Source: Candidatus Collierbacteria bacterium
GTDB taxonomy: Bacteria; Patescibacteriota; Microgenomatia; UBA1400; JACPES01
Direction of reading: 5' to 3'
Length of the DNA: 49,112 nucleotides
Assembly: GCA_016183365.1 (NCBI GenBank)
Contig: JACPES010000003.1
Span: 539,154-588,265 of the forward strand
The notes beneath the pieces were generated by a model. It saw nothing but the letters and a program-made list of their open reading frames with translations. It was not told the origin of the DNA and made no database searches. The position numbers were made by a program, and so were the translations under genes. Below, in pieces: positions 32,517 through 41,342 of this stretch (within the stretch, counting starts at the first letter, position 1; the number at the start of each line of letters is the position of its first letter).

Positions 32517-35243
32517 CTAACGAAGCTTATTCAAAATTTCCCCCAATTTTTTAATTTCCTCTCCGTATCTTGTCCAGTCGCCGTCTCTTTGAGCCCGGAT
32601 GGCGGCTTCATACGCCGAGGCGGCCTGTAGCAGGAGATTTTCCTTCCCCGCGTCGATTGCAACTTCCAAAGTAATTGGTTGCCCCGTCAGTTTGTCCGGT
32701 TGGCTGGCACTTGTCCCAAACAATTTGGCCAGTCCAGCTTCCAAGGTCTCCTCCATGGCTATTTTATTTTCGTACGCCACAATCACCCGCTTAAGCTCCG
32801 GAATTTTACCGGTATCTGCCTTGAGGTACAGCGGACGGACATATAAAAGAGATTCCTCAATCGGAATAACCAACAACGGACCCTGAATAACTTGAGAACC
32901 GCGTTGATCCCACAAAGTAATTTCTCGGCTGACATCCGCATCCTGGTTTATCCGTCCGATAATTTGCTTAGGCCCAAATATCAATTTATCCTTGGGAAAG
33001 CGGTAGACGACCAATTTGCCATACTGCTGGCCATCGTTTCTGGCCACCATCCAGGCGGAAAGATTGTCTTTGGCCCGCGGGGTAAACGGCAGCATCAGAA
33101 TATATTCTTCTTTTTTATCGCCCGGGAGTTTCATAATCATGTGGCGGGGAGTCGTAACTGAACCTACTACCCCTGTTTCTGATTCTCCCTCTTGGGCTAA
33201 TTCCGGAATTTCCCACTGGTCTTCTTTGTTATAAAAGATTTGCGGATCATCCATGTGATAGATGGTATAAACAGCGGTTTGCAGAGAAAAAATGTCCTCC
33301 GGATAGCGCAAATGGGGGATAAGTCCCGCAGGCATTTCGGAAAGCGGACGGAAGATTTTCGGAAATATTTTAGCGAAGGTTTGTATAATTGGATCATCAG
33401 GATCGGCCTGATAAAAATTCACTGTTCCTTCATACGCGTCCACCACTGCCTTGACCGAATTTCTAATGTAATTAACTTTACCGCCGTTAAAAGACAATGG
33501 TTGGGAATAGGGATATCTGGCGGTGGAAGTATAGGCATCGAGAATCCAATAGAGCTTGCCGTCGGCCACGACTAAATATGGATCCTGGTCGTAGATTAAA
33601 AACGGGGCGATTTTTGCTACCCTCTCTTTTACATTCCGGTAATAGAGAATCCGGCTTTCAGCGGTTATATCGCCGGATAAAAGCATTTTAAGCGAGCCAA
33701 ACCGAAATGCGTAGAACAGCCGCCGCAAAGGCGAGTTGAGTTCTACTCCGCCTGTACCGGCATAGGTGGTATAAACATTTTCTTCTCCTTTGGGATAATC
33801 AAATTCTTTGGATTGAGTTTTGACAATGACATAGTCGTTCAGAATTTCTCCGTAGTAAATTTCCGGCCTGGTAACAACCAGTTCTTTGACTTCAGATTTG
33901 GGCGGCAAATCTTTGACGAATAGAACCGGCAATCCTTCGGGTGTGACCTGATTAACGGGTCCTCCGGATACTCCATAACCGTGGGTAAAGGTCAACCGTT
34001 CATTAATCCAGTTCTTGTTTGGCAGGCTGTCGGAAGCCAGCTCCCGCGGCGAGAGCATAATCTGACGGACCTCGCCGTCAATCGTATACCGATCATTATC
34101 CACCGAGACAAACTCGTAATAGGTTCTGATTTCTTGGATCTGGGAAAAAGTGGACAGAAGCGGGGCTCTGTCCCAAAGCCTGACATTTTTAATGGTCAGA
34201 TTATTGGCCGCGATGTCTGAAGCTGTAATAGATTTATCCGCCGAGATTTCTCTTTCTTCAATCTTGTCCAATCCATAAGCCCGGCGGGTGGCTTCGATAT
34301 TATATTTAATAAATGGCGTTTCCTTAACCAACTCATTGGGAGCTACCACCAGTTTTTGAAAAACTGAAGGCGCGACTCCGGATACCAATCCGACCAACAC
34401 AGTTAGAGCTATGGCTCCCAGAAGGGGAGACAGTTTCCCGCTTATGCCGTAATATAATGCCAACGCCGCAGCCAAACCATAGACGAAAACAGAAGCTTTA
34501 AGAATCGGCATCATGACGTTGGCATCGGTGAATGCCGCCCCGAATATCGTCCCGCTTTGCTGGTTGAGAAGATTATATAGTGAAAAATAGCTGCTCCCAA
34601 CAACCGAAATCAAAAATAGGGATATTAAAATCCCCATATGGATTCTGGACTTGCGATCAGGGCTTTTTTTTCCCAAAAGATCCGCCAGGTTCAGTCTTCC
34701 TTGTAAAAAATAGCCCAGGCCGCATCCAATCACGGAAACCACAATCAGAAATTTTATTAAGCCTAAAACCAGAAAGTATGCGGGCAGAAAAAAAACGTAA
34801 AAAGCCGCATCTCGGCCAAATAGGGGATCGGTTTGGCCAAACGGAGTGGCCTCCAAAAATTTTAGAACATCTTGCCAGCCGGCGGCGGCCGCCAAGGCGG
34901 TGAGGAAAGCCGCCATCATACCTAAAACCACGCCCACTTTTTTGGCCAGTCCGCTATCCAGCGTTATCGGTTGGCCCAGCAAAGCTGCCGGAAGAGTGAT
35001 CATCCACGGCACTTTGGACCTAAGGGCAATCAGGAAGTTAGAAACCAAAAATGCCGCGGCAAATAATCCGGCCACACCGCCTATCGCTACCCTCGTAACC
35101 AAAGTTTTGCTAAAAATTTCGGTAAAGCCGACTTCGGAAAACCACCACCAGTCGGTGATCATAGAGATGATAGTCGAGAAGAAAACCACAAAAACAATAG
35201 CTATTCCTAAAAAAGTCCAAGAGAGAAATTTGGCAATATTCAT
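32517..35243 (-). CDS. UPF0182-family large polytopic membrane protein
   Basis: 908 aa. N-terminal multi-TM region with the ITDWWWFSEVGF motif, then a large soluble C-terminal part. Confidence 0.75.
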   Translation of the reverse strand: MNIAKFLSWTFLGIAIVFVVFFSTIISMITDWWWFSEVGFTEIFSKTLVTRVAIGGVAGLFAAAFLVSNFLIALRSKVPWMITLPAALLGQPITLDSGLAKKVGVVLGMMAAFLTALAAAAGWQDVLKFLEATPFGQTDPLFGRDAAFYVFFLPAYFLVLGLIKFLIVVSVIGCGLGYFLQGRLNLADLLGKKSPDRKSRIHMGILISLFLISVVGSSYFSLYNLLNQQSGTIFGAAFTDANVMMPILKASVFVYGLAAALALYYGISGKLSPLLGAIALTVLVGLVSGVAPSVFQKLVVAPNELVKETPFIKYNIEATRRAYGLDKIEEREISADKSITASDIAANNLTIKNVRLWDRAPLLSTFSQIQEIRTYYEFVSVDNDRYTIDGEVRQIMLSPRELASDSLPNKNWINERLTFTHGYGVSGGPVNQVTPEGLPVLFVKDLPPKSEVKELVVTRPEIYYGEILNDYVIVKTQSKEFDYPKGEENVYTTYAGTGGVELNSPLRRLFYAFRFGSLKMLLSGDITAESRILYYRNVKERVAKIAPFLIYDQDPYLVVADGKLYWILDAYTSTARYPYSQPLSFNGGKVNYIRNSVKAVVDAYEGTVNFYQADPDDPIIQTFAKIFPKIFRPLSEMPAGLIPHLRYPEDIFSLQTAVYTIYHMDDPQIFYNKEDQWEIPELAQEGESETGVVGSVTTPRHMIMKLPGDKKEEYILMLPFTPRAKDNLSAWMVARNDGQQYGKLVVYRFPKDKLIFGPKQIIGRINQDADVSREITLWDQRGSQVIQGPLLVIPIEESLLYVRPLYLKADTGKIPELKRVIVAYENKIAMEETLEAGLAKLFGTSASQPDKLTGQPITLEVAIDAGKENLLLQAASAYEAAIRAQRDGDWTRYGEEIKKLGEILNKLR

Positions 35244-35329
35244 GATGGGATATACTGTTTATACCATAATATACCGTAAACGAGCTACGGAAAGCTTTAG
35301 CTTAAATTAAGTGTATAATTGAGTTTGAG

Positions 35330-36877
35330 ATGGATTCAAAAAAATTGAAGGTATTATTTGTTTGCGCCGAAGTAGCCCCGTTTTCTTCGGTGGGCGGATT
35401 ATCCCAAGTGGCCTACTTTTTGACCCGGGCCTTAAAAAGATTGGGGGTAGACGCCAGAGTATTCACTCCGAAATACGGGATTATCGATCCTATCAAATAC
35501 CCAGCCAAAACTATTGTTTCAAGCTTAAAAGTACCTACCGGCGAAGACATTTCCAATAATAACAATCAGCCATTAAATATCGATTGCGCGATAGAATTTT
35601 ATCAACCGGCAAAAAACGATGTTCCGGTCTATTTCTTGGTCAACGAAGAGTATTACCAAAAAAGAGCCAATGTCTATAATTACAATGACGACCATATCCG
35701 CTTCAGCTTGTTTTCCAAAGCAGCCATAGAATTTATTAAGACCGGCGATTTTGTCCCCGATGTTATTCATGCCAACGATTGGCATACCGGATATCTGATT
35801 GATTTTTTAAAAAACGAAGGCGATTACAAATCCGACCCTTCTTTAAAAGAAATTGCCACTCTTTTATCAATCCACAATATTTACCAAGGGGTGTTTGATT
35901 TTGCCAACGCTAATCAGATGGATTTCGACGATGGTAAAAGCCCGCTGGCCTCGCTTTTTTCAGATATGCTCATCAAACAAAATTCCTTAAAGCGCGGGGT
36001 GATGTACGCCGACGTGGTCAATACGGTTTCCCAAACTTATGTCAGCGAGCTGTTGAACGCCGAGTATAGCGGCGGCCTGGAAAACCTATTCCGGGAATTA
36101 AGGGGGAAATTGTATGGTGTTTTAAATGGCTTGGACACGGCCGATTTCAACCCGTCAGCTGACGAAATAATCAAACAAAAATTCTCCGCAAGCTCGGTAA
36201 ATTTGAGAACGGCAAATAAACTGGATTTGCAAAAAAGATTCAATTTAAAAAATGATCCTGGAGTCCCTCTTATTTCTTATATCGGCCGGCTGGATTCCCA
36301 AAAAGGCTTGGACCTTGTCGTCCAAGAATTCGAGTACATAATCGAAGATTTGGGAGTCCAATTTATCATAGTCGGAACAGGTGAACAAAATTTTGTAGAA
36401 TTTTTTTCCGAAATGGGGAAAAAATACCCGGGGCAGGTCGGGACTCATCTGATGAGCGATTTTACTCTCCCCAGAAAAGTTTTTGCGGGAGCGGACATGA
36501 TCCTGATTCCCAGTAAATACGAACCTGGGGGGATAATTGCCATCGAAGCCCTGCGCTATGGCTGCATCCCGATAGTTCGCGCCACCGGGGGACTGGCTGA
36601 TTCTGTGGTAGATTATGACCCGAAATCAGGCAGCGGTTATGGTTTTACGTTTAAAAATTTTGTCCCCGAGGGGTTGTTGACGGCGGTGGTCCGAGCGATT
36701 GAAACTCACAAAAACCTGCCGCTTTGGGAAAAAATGGTTAAAAGGGCAATGTTAGCCGACTTTTCCTGGAAAAAGTCGGCTGAAAAGTATCTCGATCTCT
36801 ACCGCCGAGCGCTGCAGGTTAGAAAAGAATCGCTTCAACCCAATCCTTCTCCCACCTTCCAGCCCCTCTATTCCTAA
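35330..36877 (+). CDS. glgA: glycogen/starch synthase (GT5)
   Basis: KVLFVCAEVAPFSSVGGLSQV N-terminal motif and a GT-B C-terminal half (PSKYEPGGIIAIEALRYG). Confidence 0.85.
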   Translation: MDSKKLKVLFVCAEVAPFSSVGGLSQVAYFLTRALKRLGVDARVFTPKYGIIDPIKYPAKTIVSSLKVPTGEDISNNNNQPLNIDCAIEFYQPAKNDVPVYFLVNEEYYQKRANVYNYNDDHIRFSLFSKAAIEFIKTGDFVPDVIHANDWHTGYLIDFLKNEGDYKSDPSLKEIATLLSIHNIYQGVFDFANANQMDFDDGKSPLASLFSDMLIKQNSLKRGVMYADVVNTVSQTYVSELLNAEYSGGLENLFRELRGKLYGVLNGLDTADFNPSADEIIKQKFSASSVNLRTANKLDLQKRFNLKNDPGVPLISYIGRLDSQKGLDLVVQEFEYIIEDLGVQFIIVGTGEQNFVEFFSEMGKKYPGQVGTHLMSDFTLPRKVFAGADMILIPSKYEPGGIIAIEALRYGCIPIVRATGGLADSVVDYDPKSGSGYGFTFKNFVPEGLLTAVVRAIETHKNLPLWEKMVKRAMLADFSWKKSAEKYLDLYRRALQVRKESLQPNPSPTFQPLYS

Positions 36878-37182
36878 AACCCTACAAATTTACCTGTGAT
36901 AAGCGAACTTATGAGTGAAATCGAAGGAACCGATAGCCCGATTTCATCCCCGTTGTTCAAGATTTCAAATTCTGTGGGCCGTTTGTCATTTAGCCGCAAG
37001 CCTATGCTCCCGGGCGGATATTGTTTTTGGATCTCCGGATATGAGTCAAATATAAATTTGAGCATCATCAAGAAATTTAATCCTTCGGAAACTATCGCTT
37101 CCTCGCTCGCCACTCTGGTTATTTTTTGCAGTTCCTTGTCGTAAATAATTTGCACTTTGATTGGTTTTGGAAATGACTTCAT
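36874..37182 (-). CDS. hypothetical protein (102 aa)
   Basis: An ORF of reasonable coding appearance, convergent with glgA. No family was recognised with confidence. Confidence 0.4.
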   Translation of the reverse strand: MKSFPKPIKVQIIYDKELQKITRVASEEAIVSEGLNFLMMLKFIFDSYPEIQKQYPPGSIGLRLNDKRPTEFEILNNGDEIGLSVPSISLISSLITGKFVGF

Positions 37183-37286
37183 GTTGTCTCCCTCATTAAG
37201 ATTTTACAATATTTTTTGTTTTTTTCATCCGGATGAAAACCGCCGGCATAAAATGTATAGGACGCCCACATTTTGGACTGAAGCGG

Positions 37287-37540
37287 TTAGAGAAACTGTT
37301 GTAGATATGCTATTGGTGTCTGCATCTTCAACGAATAATGTGGTCTTTTTGTGTTGTACCAGTTCAAATAGTGTAACAGTTTCTCTTCAAAAGAAAACAG
37401 ATCGTAATAAAGCTCGTCGCTCCAGTTTAAGAACTCATCCTGGATTGTTCGATTAAACCTCTCTACGCCAGTGAAGAGAAAAGAATAAATTTTGCTCTTA
37501 ACTCTACGCGGCCGCGAGGAGTTAATGACGAGGGGATAAT
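37287..37540 (-). mobile_element. remnant of a DDE (rve, IS481/IS3-like) transposase: C-terminal end only
   Basis: The minus-strand frame reads ...GVERFNRTIQDEFLNWSDELYYDLFSFEEKLLHYLNWYNTKRPHYSLKMQTPIAYLQQFL-stop. No upstream catalytic core or start codon is present. Confidence 0.6.
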
Positions 37541-37594
37541 GACATTCTCAAATTCTTGAGAATATTGGAATGATCAAAAGGGTTGGAAGGTTCG

Positions 37595-38365
37595 TTATAA
37601 ATATTTTAAAACCAATCTGGAGAAATTGGTGTCGCCTGATTTAACAGATTCTTCCGAAACATCTTTTAAATACCTGTCATAAGCGCTGCTGGACCATAAG
37701 TGGTAAACATACGGCTCGGGGATCTTATCAGCAGTCTCATAAAATCTCTTTAAATCTTCTTTATCCCAGCTAAAACCGTAAAACCGGTCAAATGGAATCA
37801 CTTCTATCTCGTCAGCCCAGTAATGCGATAAAAAGTACGGATATTTAATGCTTGATTCCGTCCAGTACAAATCGTGCCCTGACGATCTGAACCCCCGCCA
37901 TAATGACTTGGCCGGATCATAACCGTCCAACCACCTTTTCAAAAAATTTGCCCCCGGTTCAGCTAATATCGTCGCGCTGCACAACCCCACCGTTTTTCCG
38001 CGAGCCTTTTCTTCACCCAACACCACCGAATTTTCTGTTAACGGCCCGAACGGCCGGTTGCAGATTACATCGGTATCTAAATAAATCCCGCCGGTTTCTA
38101 ATAGTTTCTTAAGCCGCCACACATCTGCTTTATGGGACAGCAAAGTCAACTTTTGTCCGAACGCCTCTTCCACAGGTTCAATTTTAACCGGCTCACAAAA
38201 CTTCTTTGCCTTCATCCACCACTGCCCGCTTGGTTCGGTATCGTAATGAAAATGAATTTTATCGGGATTATTCACTATAGCCGCCGCTTTAACCGCCGCA
38301 TAATTAACCAGGCCGAACGGCCTGCCTCCGAAGTAGCAAAAGTGGATTATATTTGGGACTGCCAT
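37595..38365 (-). CDS. DXD-motif glycosyltransferase (Gly_transf_sug / OCH1-like)
   Basis: PNIIHFCYFGG near the N-terminus and GGIYLDTDV. Confidence 0.65.
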   Translation of the reverse strand: MAVPNIIHFCYFGGRPFGLVNYAAVKAAAIVNNPDKIHFHYDTEPSGQWWMKAKKFCEPVKIEPVEEAFGQKLTLLSHKADVWRLKKLLETGGIYLDTDVICNRPFGPLTENSVVLGEEKARGKTVGLCSATILAEPGANFLKRWLDGYDPAKSLWRGFRSSGHDLYWTESSIKYPYFLSHYWADEIEVIPFDRFYGFSWDKEDLKRFYETADKIPEPYVYHLWSSSAYDRYLKDVSEESVKSGDTNFSRLVLKYL

Positions 38366-39513
38366 TCTTTATATTTGGTTTCTACATTTCCCGACCAGTG
38401 ATACTGCCACATTTTATTTAAAAACAAATGATACGCCTCTTCTGCCTTGGCCTTCTTCTGATTATCAATATTTGCCATTCTGACGCATTTGATCAAATTC
38501 CTGGCGCCGGTTCCCACCAAATCCGGATGCCACCAAGGCCAATTGGACAACCAATATAAATAACACGACGAATTAGCCTGATCGAAAAGATCCTCGGCCG
38601 CGCCATCCAAACTGCCCAAAGTCAAATCGTGAACCATTTTCAATAATTGTAAATATTCCTGTTGCAAACCGTTTTTATTCCACAGATCAAACCCTTGACA
38701 GTTTTGCCAGGAAGAAGCTTTAACGTCAGAGATTGTTTTTACCTGATTGCCAAATTTAACCACAGCTTCGGAAGCTGTGATAAATTTAATTTCTTTGGCG
38801 TCCAACAAGTCAGCCAGCACTTGTAATCTTTCCGAATAGTGATGGCCAAACAGTTCGGCGTCATTTGCGGTGACGATTAAATCTTCTTCGCCGCTATTCT
38901 TTTGGATCAAATTTAATACTATTTCTACAGAAAGCTGTTTAGGATACGATCTAAACAATCCGCCAATTTGGCGATTATTTATTAACAGATATTTTCTGTC
39001 ATATTTGACTATTGAAGTTGATATTTTAGAACTTGATTCCGGAGCGTTTTCATCTACAAACACATAATTTATAGATTCCCGCTGTTGCGGAAATGACACC
39101 GAGTTGTGAATTAAATCAAGGGTGTCTTTATCTACCGCCAGCTCGGGAGGGAAAAATCCTGCTGTCGATTCTACCCCAAATAAATTTTTTAAGGTCAGGC
39201 TATTTTTTTCGATTTGTCTGATCAGGATGTCTTTTGGAGTTATCGGCATCAGCGGGTGATACATGACGCTATTGACAATTTCAACCTTTCCGCTGCTAAT
39301 AAGTTTTTTTATCAGATCAAAGAATTCATCGACCCCCAACCGTTTCAACTGCAGTATCAGACTGCCGCTGATGTTTAGCGTTAAACCAAATCCGGACTTT
39401 TCTGAAAGTATTCTCAACAAAGGCAGATAACACGATTCCAATACCGACTTGGTAATCTTTAATTCCTGCGTCGGGGGCTGATAAAAATGCAGAACCATTG
39501 ACCAATATTTCAT
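38347..39513 (-). CDS. glycoside hydrolase family 57-like protein
   Basis: LHFYQPPTQ N-terminal signature and NISGSLILQL. It neighbours glgA. Confidence 0.65.
   Translation of the reverse strand: MKYWSMVLHFYQPPTQELKITKSVLESCYLPLLRILSEKSGFGLTLNISGSLILQLKRLGVDEFFDLIKKLISSGKVEIVNSVMYHPLMPITPKDILIRQIEKNSLTLKNLFGVESTAGFFPPELAVDKDTLDLIHNSVSFPQQRESINYVFVDENAPESSSKISTSIVKYDRKYLLINNRQIGGLFRSYPKQLSVEIVLNLIQKNSGEEDLIVTANDAELFGHHYSERLQVLADLLDAKEIKFITASEAVVKFGNQVKTISDVKASSWQNCQGFDLWNKNGLQQEYLQLLKMVHDLTLGSLDGAAEDLFDQANSSCYLYWLSNWPWWHPDLVGTGARNLIKCVRMANIDNQKKAKAEEAYHLFLNKMWQYHWSGNVETKYKEWQSQI
39073..39098 (-). repeat. in-frame single hairpin module (tgtcatttccgcaacagcgggaatct on the coding strand) inside the GH57 gene
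   Basis: Encodes SVSFPQQRESI. The stem is ttccgc/gcggga(a). Confidence 0.8.
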
Positions 39514-39544
39514 TTAGCTCAAAATTATACGCTATAATATCTAA

Positions 39545-39889
39545 ATGAAGAAAAAACAGCCAAATCCTCAATTTTCAACTCCTTTCAATGATTATTTCAA
39601 ACTTTTTGATAAATATGATAAGAAAGTTAAGTATACGGAGGAGTACGGATCATTTTTAATCTTAAGCTTGGTAGAAGAAATCGGCGAAATGGCCCGGGCC
39701 TACTTGGCAAAGCACGGCCGGAAACAAACCAATCTGGCCGCCCAAGAGGATGAAACCTACGAGCAGGAATTAGGCGACATTTTGATCTCAATCCTGCGGT
39801 TTGCCCGGATAAAAAATATCAACCTCCACGAACGGGTCATGTATTCGTTGAAAAAGATTGAAAAGCGTCAGGACGAGCCGAAAAGATAA
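39545..39889 (+). CDS. MazG-like nucleotide pyrophosphohydrolase domain protein
   Basis: The EEIGEMARAY and ELGDILISILRFA helices, typical of the MazG/all-alpha NTP-PPase fold. Confidence 0.7.
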   Translation: MKKKQPNPQFSTPFNDYFKLFDKYDKKVKYTEEYGSFLILSLVEEIGEMARAYLAKHGRKQTNLAAQEDETYEQELGDILISILRFARIKNINLHERVMYSLKKIEKRQDEPKR

Positions 39890-39896
39890 CTTGATG

Positions 39897-39967
39897 AGCG
39901 GGTAAGGGGAATCGGACCCCTATATCCTGATTGGCAACCAGGCGTACTACCACTGTACTATACCCGC
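39897..39967 (-). tRNA. tRNA-Gly(GCC)
   Basis: GCGGGTA acceptor, anticodon loop TTGCCAA, T-arm AGGGG-TCCGATT-CCCCT. No encoded CCA. Confidence 0.9.
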
Positions 39968-40092
39968 AACGTAAAATTTTCTTCGAAAATTAACGTTGTT
40001 GAAGCGTTTAAATATTTTAATATTTATTACGCTTCGCACGCTAATTCGTAATTATACATTTATTAATCAATACGGTAAAATATGCTTAGCAT

Positions 40093-40179
40093 GGGCGGGT
40101 GGCGAAATTGGCAGACGCACAACTTTGAGGGGGTTGTGATCGCAAGATCGTGCAGGTTCAAGTCCTGTCCCGCCCACCA
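40093..40179 (+). tRNA. tRNA-Leu(GAG), long variable arm, CCA encoded
   Basis: GGGCGGG/CCCGCCC acceptor, anticodon loop TTGAGGG, variable arm gatc-gcaa-gatc, T-arm GCAGG-TTCAAGT-CCTGT. Confidence 0.9.
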
Positions 40180-40380
40180 AGGTTGGATAGGAGGTTTCCC
40201 GCAAAGCGGGATTCCGTGTATCGAGACGATTTTGCTAAAATCGCACGATACACGATAACAAGTCCTGTCCCGCCCACCAAGGTTGGATAGGAGGTTTCCC
40301 GCAAAGCGGGATTCCGTGTATCGAGACGATTTTGCTAAAATCGCACGATACACGATAACAAGTCTTGTCCCGCCCACCAA
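40159..40380 (+). repeat. tandem repeat: 100-nt unit x 2 (identical) plus a 22-nt partial third unit; each unit starts with the last 21 nt of tRNA-Leu
   Basis: Units at 40159-40258 and 40259-40358 are identical by eye. 40359-40380 repeats caagtcTtgtcccgcccaccaa with one change. Each unit contains the hairpins tcccgc-aaa-gcggga and cgtgtatcg..cgatacacg. Confidence 0.95.
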
Positions 40381-40386
40381 TAGTTG

Positions 40387-41012
40387 ATGATACTAACAAG
40401 AGATGAATGCTTGGCAGAGTTGATAGGAATTATCTTGGGTGATGGTAATCTCGGATTTTACCCTAGATATCCAAAAAAAAGTTCTAAAAATCCGTTGCCA
40501 TTATTTAAGAATTTATTGTTTTCTTAATGAGGAACAATACGCTAATGAAATAGAATTTATATTAAAAAAAGTATTTAAAAAGCAATGTTATATTTACAAA
40601 CGACCATCAGAAAATGTTTTGTACCTTGAAATATCTTTGAAGTCGCTCGATACATTGTTGGGTTTATCTATTGGCGATAAGATAAAAAATAAAGTAGAAA
40701 TTCCAAATTGGATTTTCAATCACAAAAAATATTTATTATCTTGTATCCGGGGATTATTCGATACCGATGGATGCTGTTACTTGACAAAAAAAATATCGAA
40801 TTGTTAATTTTACGAGCGCAAATCCAGCTTTGCTAAAAAACATACGGTCAGGTTTAGTGCTTTTGGGTTTTCACCCTTATATTAAAGGAGAAAAATATGT
40901 CGAAATTTGTCGACAAAATGAGGTAACAATGTTTTTTGATAAGATAAAGCCCAGAAATAGAAAACATTATCGTCATGCCGGAGTAGCCAACTTGGTGACG
41001 GCGCGTGTCTGA
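40387..41012 (+). pseudogene. LAGLIDADG homing endonuclease, split over three frames by two A8 runs
   Basis: Frame 1 gives LAELIGIILGDGNLGFYPRYPKK (motif 1). After A8 at 40473-40480, frame 2 continues ...LLSCIRGLFDTDGCCYLTKK (motif 2). After A8 at 40786-40793, frame 3 gives YRIVNFTSANPALLKNIRSGLVLLGFHPYIKGE.... The last frame runs into tRNA-Phe. Confidence 0.75.
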
Positions 41013-41049
41013 AAAACACGAGATATAGGTCCGATTCCTATCTCCGGCA
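40977..41049 (+). tRNA. tRNA-Phe(GAA)
   Basis: GCCGGAG/CTCCGGC acceptor, anticodon arm CGTGT-CTGAAAA-ACACG, T-arm ATAGG-TCCGATT-CCTAT. Confidence 0.9.
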
Positions 41050-41068
41050 CAGAAAATGAACTCATATC

Positions 41069-41105
41069 GGATCTGTAGCTCAACGACAGAGCGTTCAGTT
41101 TACAC
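41069..41105 (+). pseudogene. 5'-half tRNA fragment resembling tRNA-Val(TAC)
   Basis: ggatctgtagctcaacgacagagcgttcagtttacac parallels the first ~37 nt of the intact tRNA-Val 50 nt downstream. It has no 3' anticodon-stem strand and no T-arm. Confidence 0.5.
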
Positions 41106-41120
41106 CAGCCCGACTAGAAT

Positions 41121-41194
41121 GGACTCGTAGCTCAGTTGGTTAGAGCATTCGGTTTACATCCGAAAGGCCAGAGGTTCGAGACCTCTCGAGTCCA
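41121..41194 (+). tRNA. tRNA-Val(TAC)
   Basis: GGACTCG/CGAGTCC acceptor, D-arm GCTC-AGTTGGTTA-GAGC, anticodon loop TTTACAT, T-arm AGAGG-TTCGAGA-CCTCT. Confidence 0.9.
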
Positions 41195-41249
41195 CAATGA
41201 GGAACGTTTAATTTCGAAGAAATTATTACATTCCACCAAACTTCTAACC

Positions 41250-41333
41250 AGCCCTGGTGCTGAAATTGGCAGACAGGCACGCTTCAGGAGCGTGTGTTCG
41301 TAAGAACGTGCGAGTTCAAATCTCGCCCAGGGC
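41250..41333 (+). tRNA. tRNA-Leu(CAG), long variable arm
   Basis: GCCCTGG/CCAGGGC acceptor, anticodon arm CACGC-TTCAGGA-GCGTG, variable arm gttcg-taa-gaac, T-loop TTCAAAT. Confidence 0.9.
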
Positions 41334-41342
41334 ACAAAACAA

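Noticed and set aside
37157-37456. 99-aa plus-strand ORF
   Set aside because: It is antisense to the rve transposase remnant, which carries a clear family signature.
40063-40380. 105-aa minus-strand ORF
   Set aside because: It is antisense to tRNA-Leu(GAG) and the 100-nt tandem repeats, and its internal peptide repeat simply mirrors the DNA repeat.
40159-40380. Possible CRISPR array
   Set aside because: The repeat units are contiguous 100-mers with no unique spacers, they contain a tRNA 3' end, and there are no cas genes in the window.
40093-41049. Group I intron interrupting a tRNA and hosting the LAGLIDADG ORF
   Set aside because: tRNA-Leu and tRNA-Phe each fold as complete, uninterrupted cloverleaves, and the ORF lies between them. 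I could not recognise a group I catalytic core by eye, but I cannot formally exclude a degenerate one without a covariance search.
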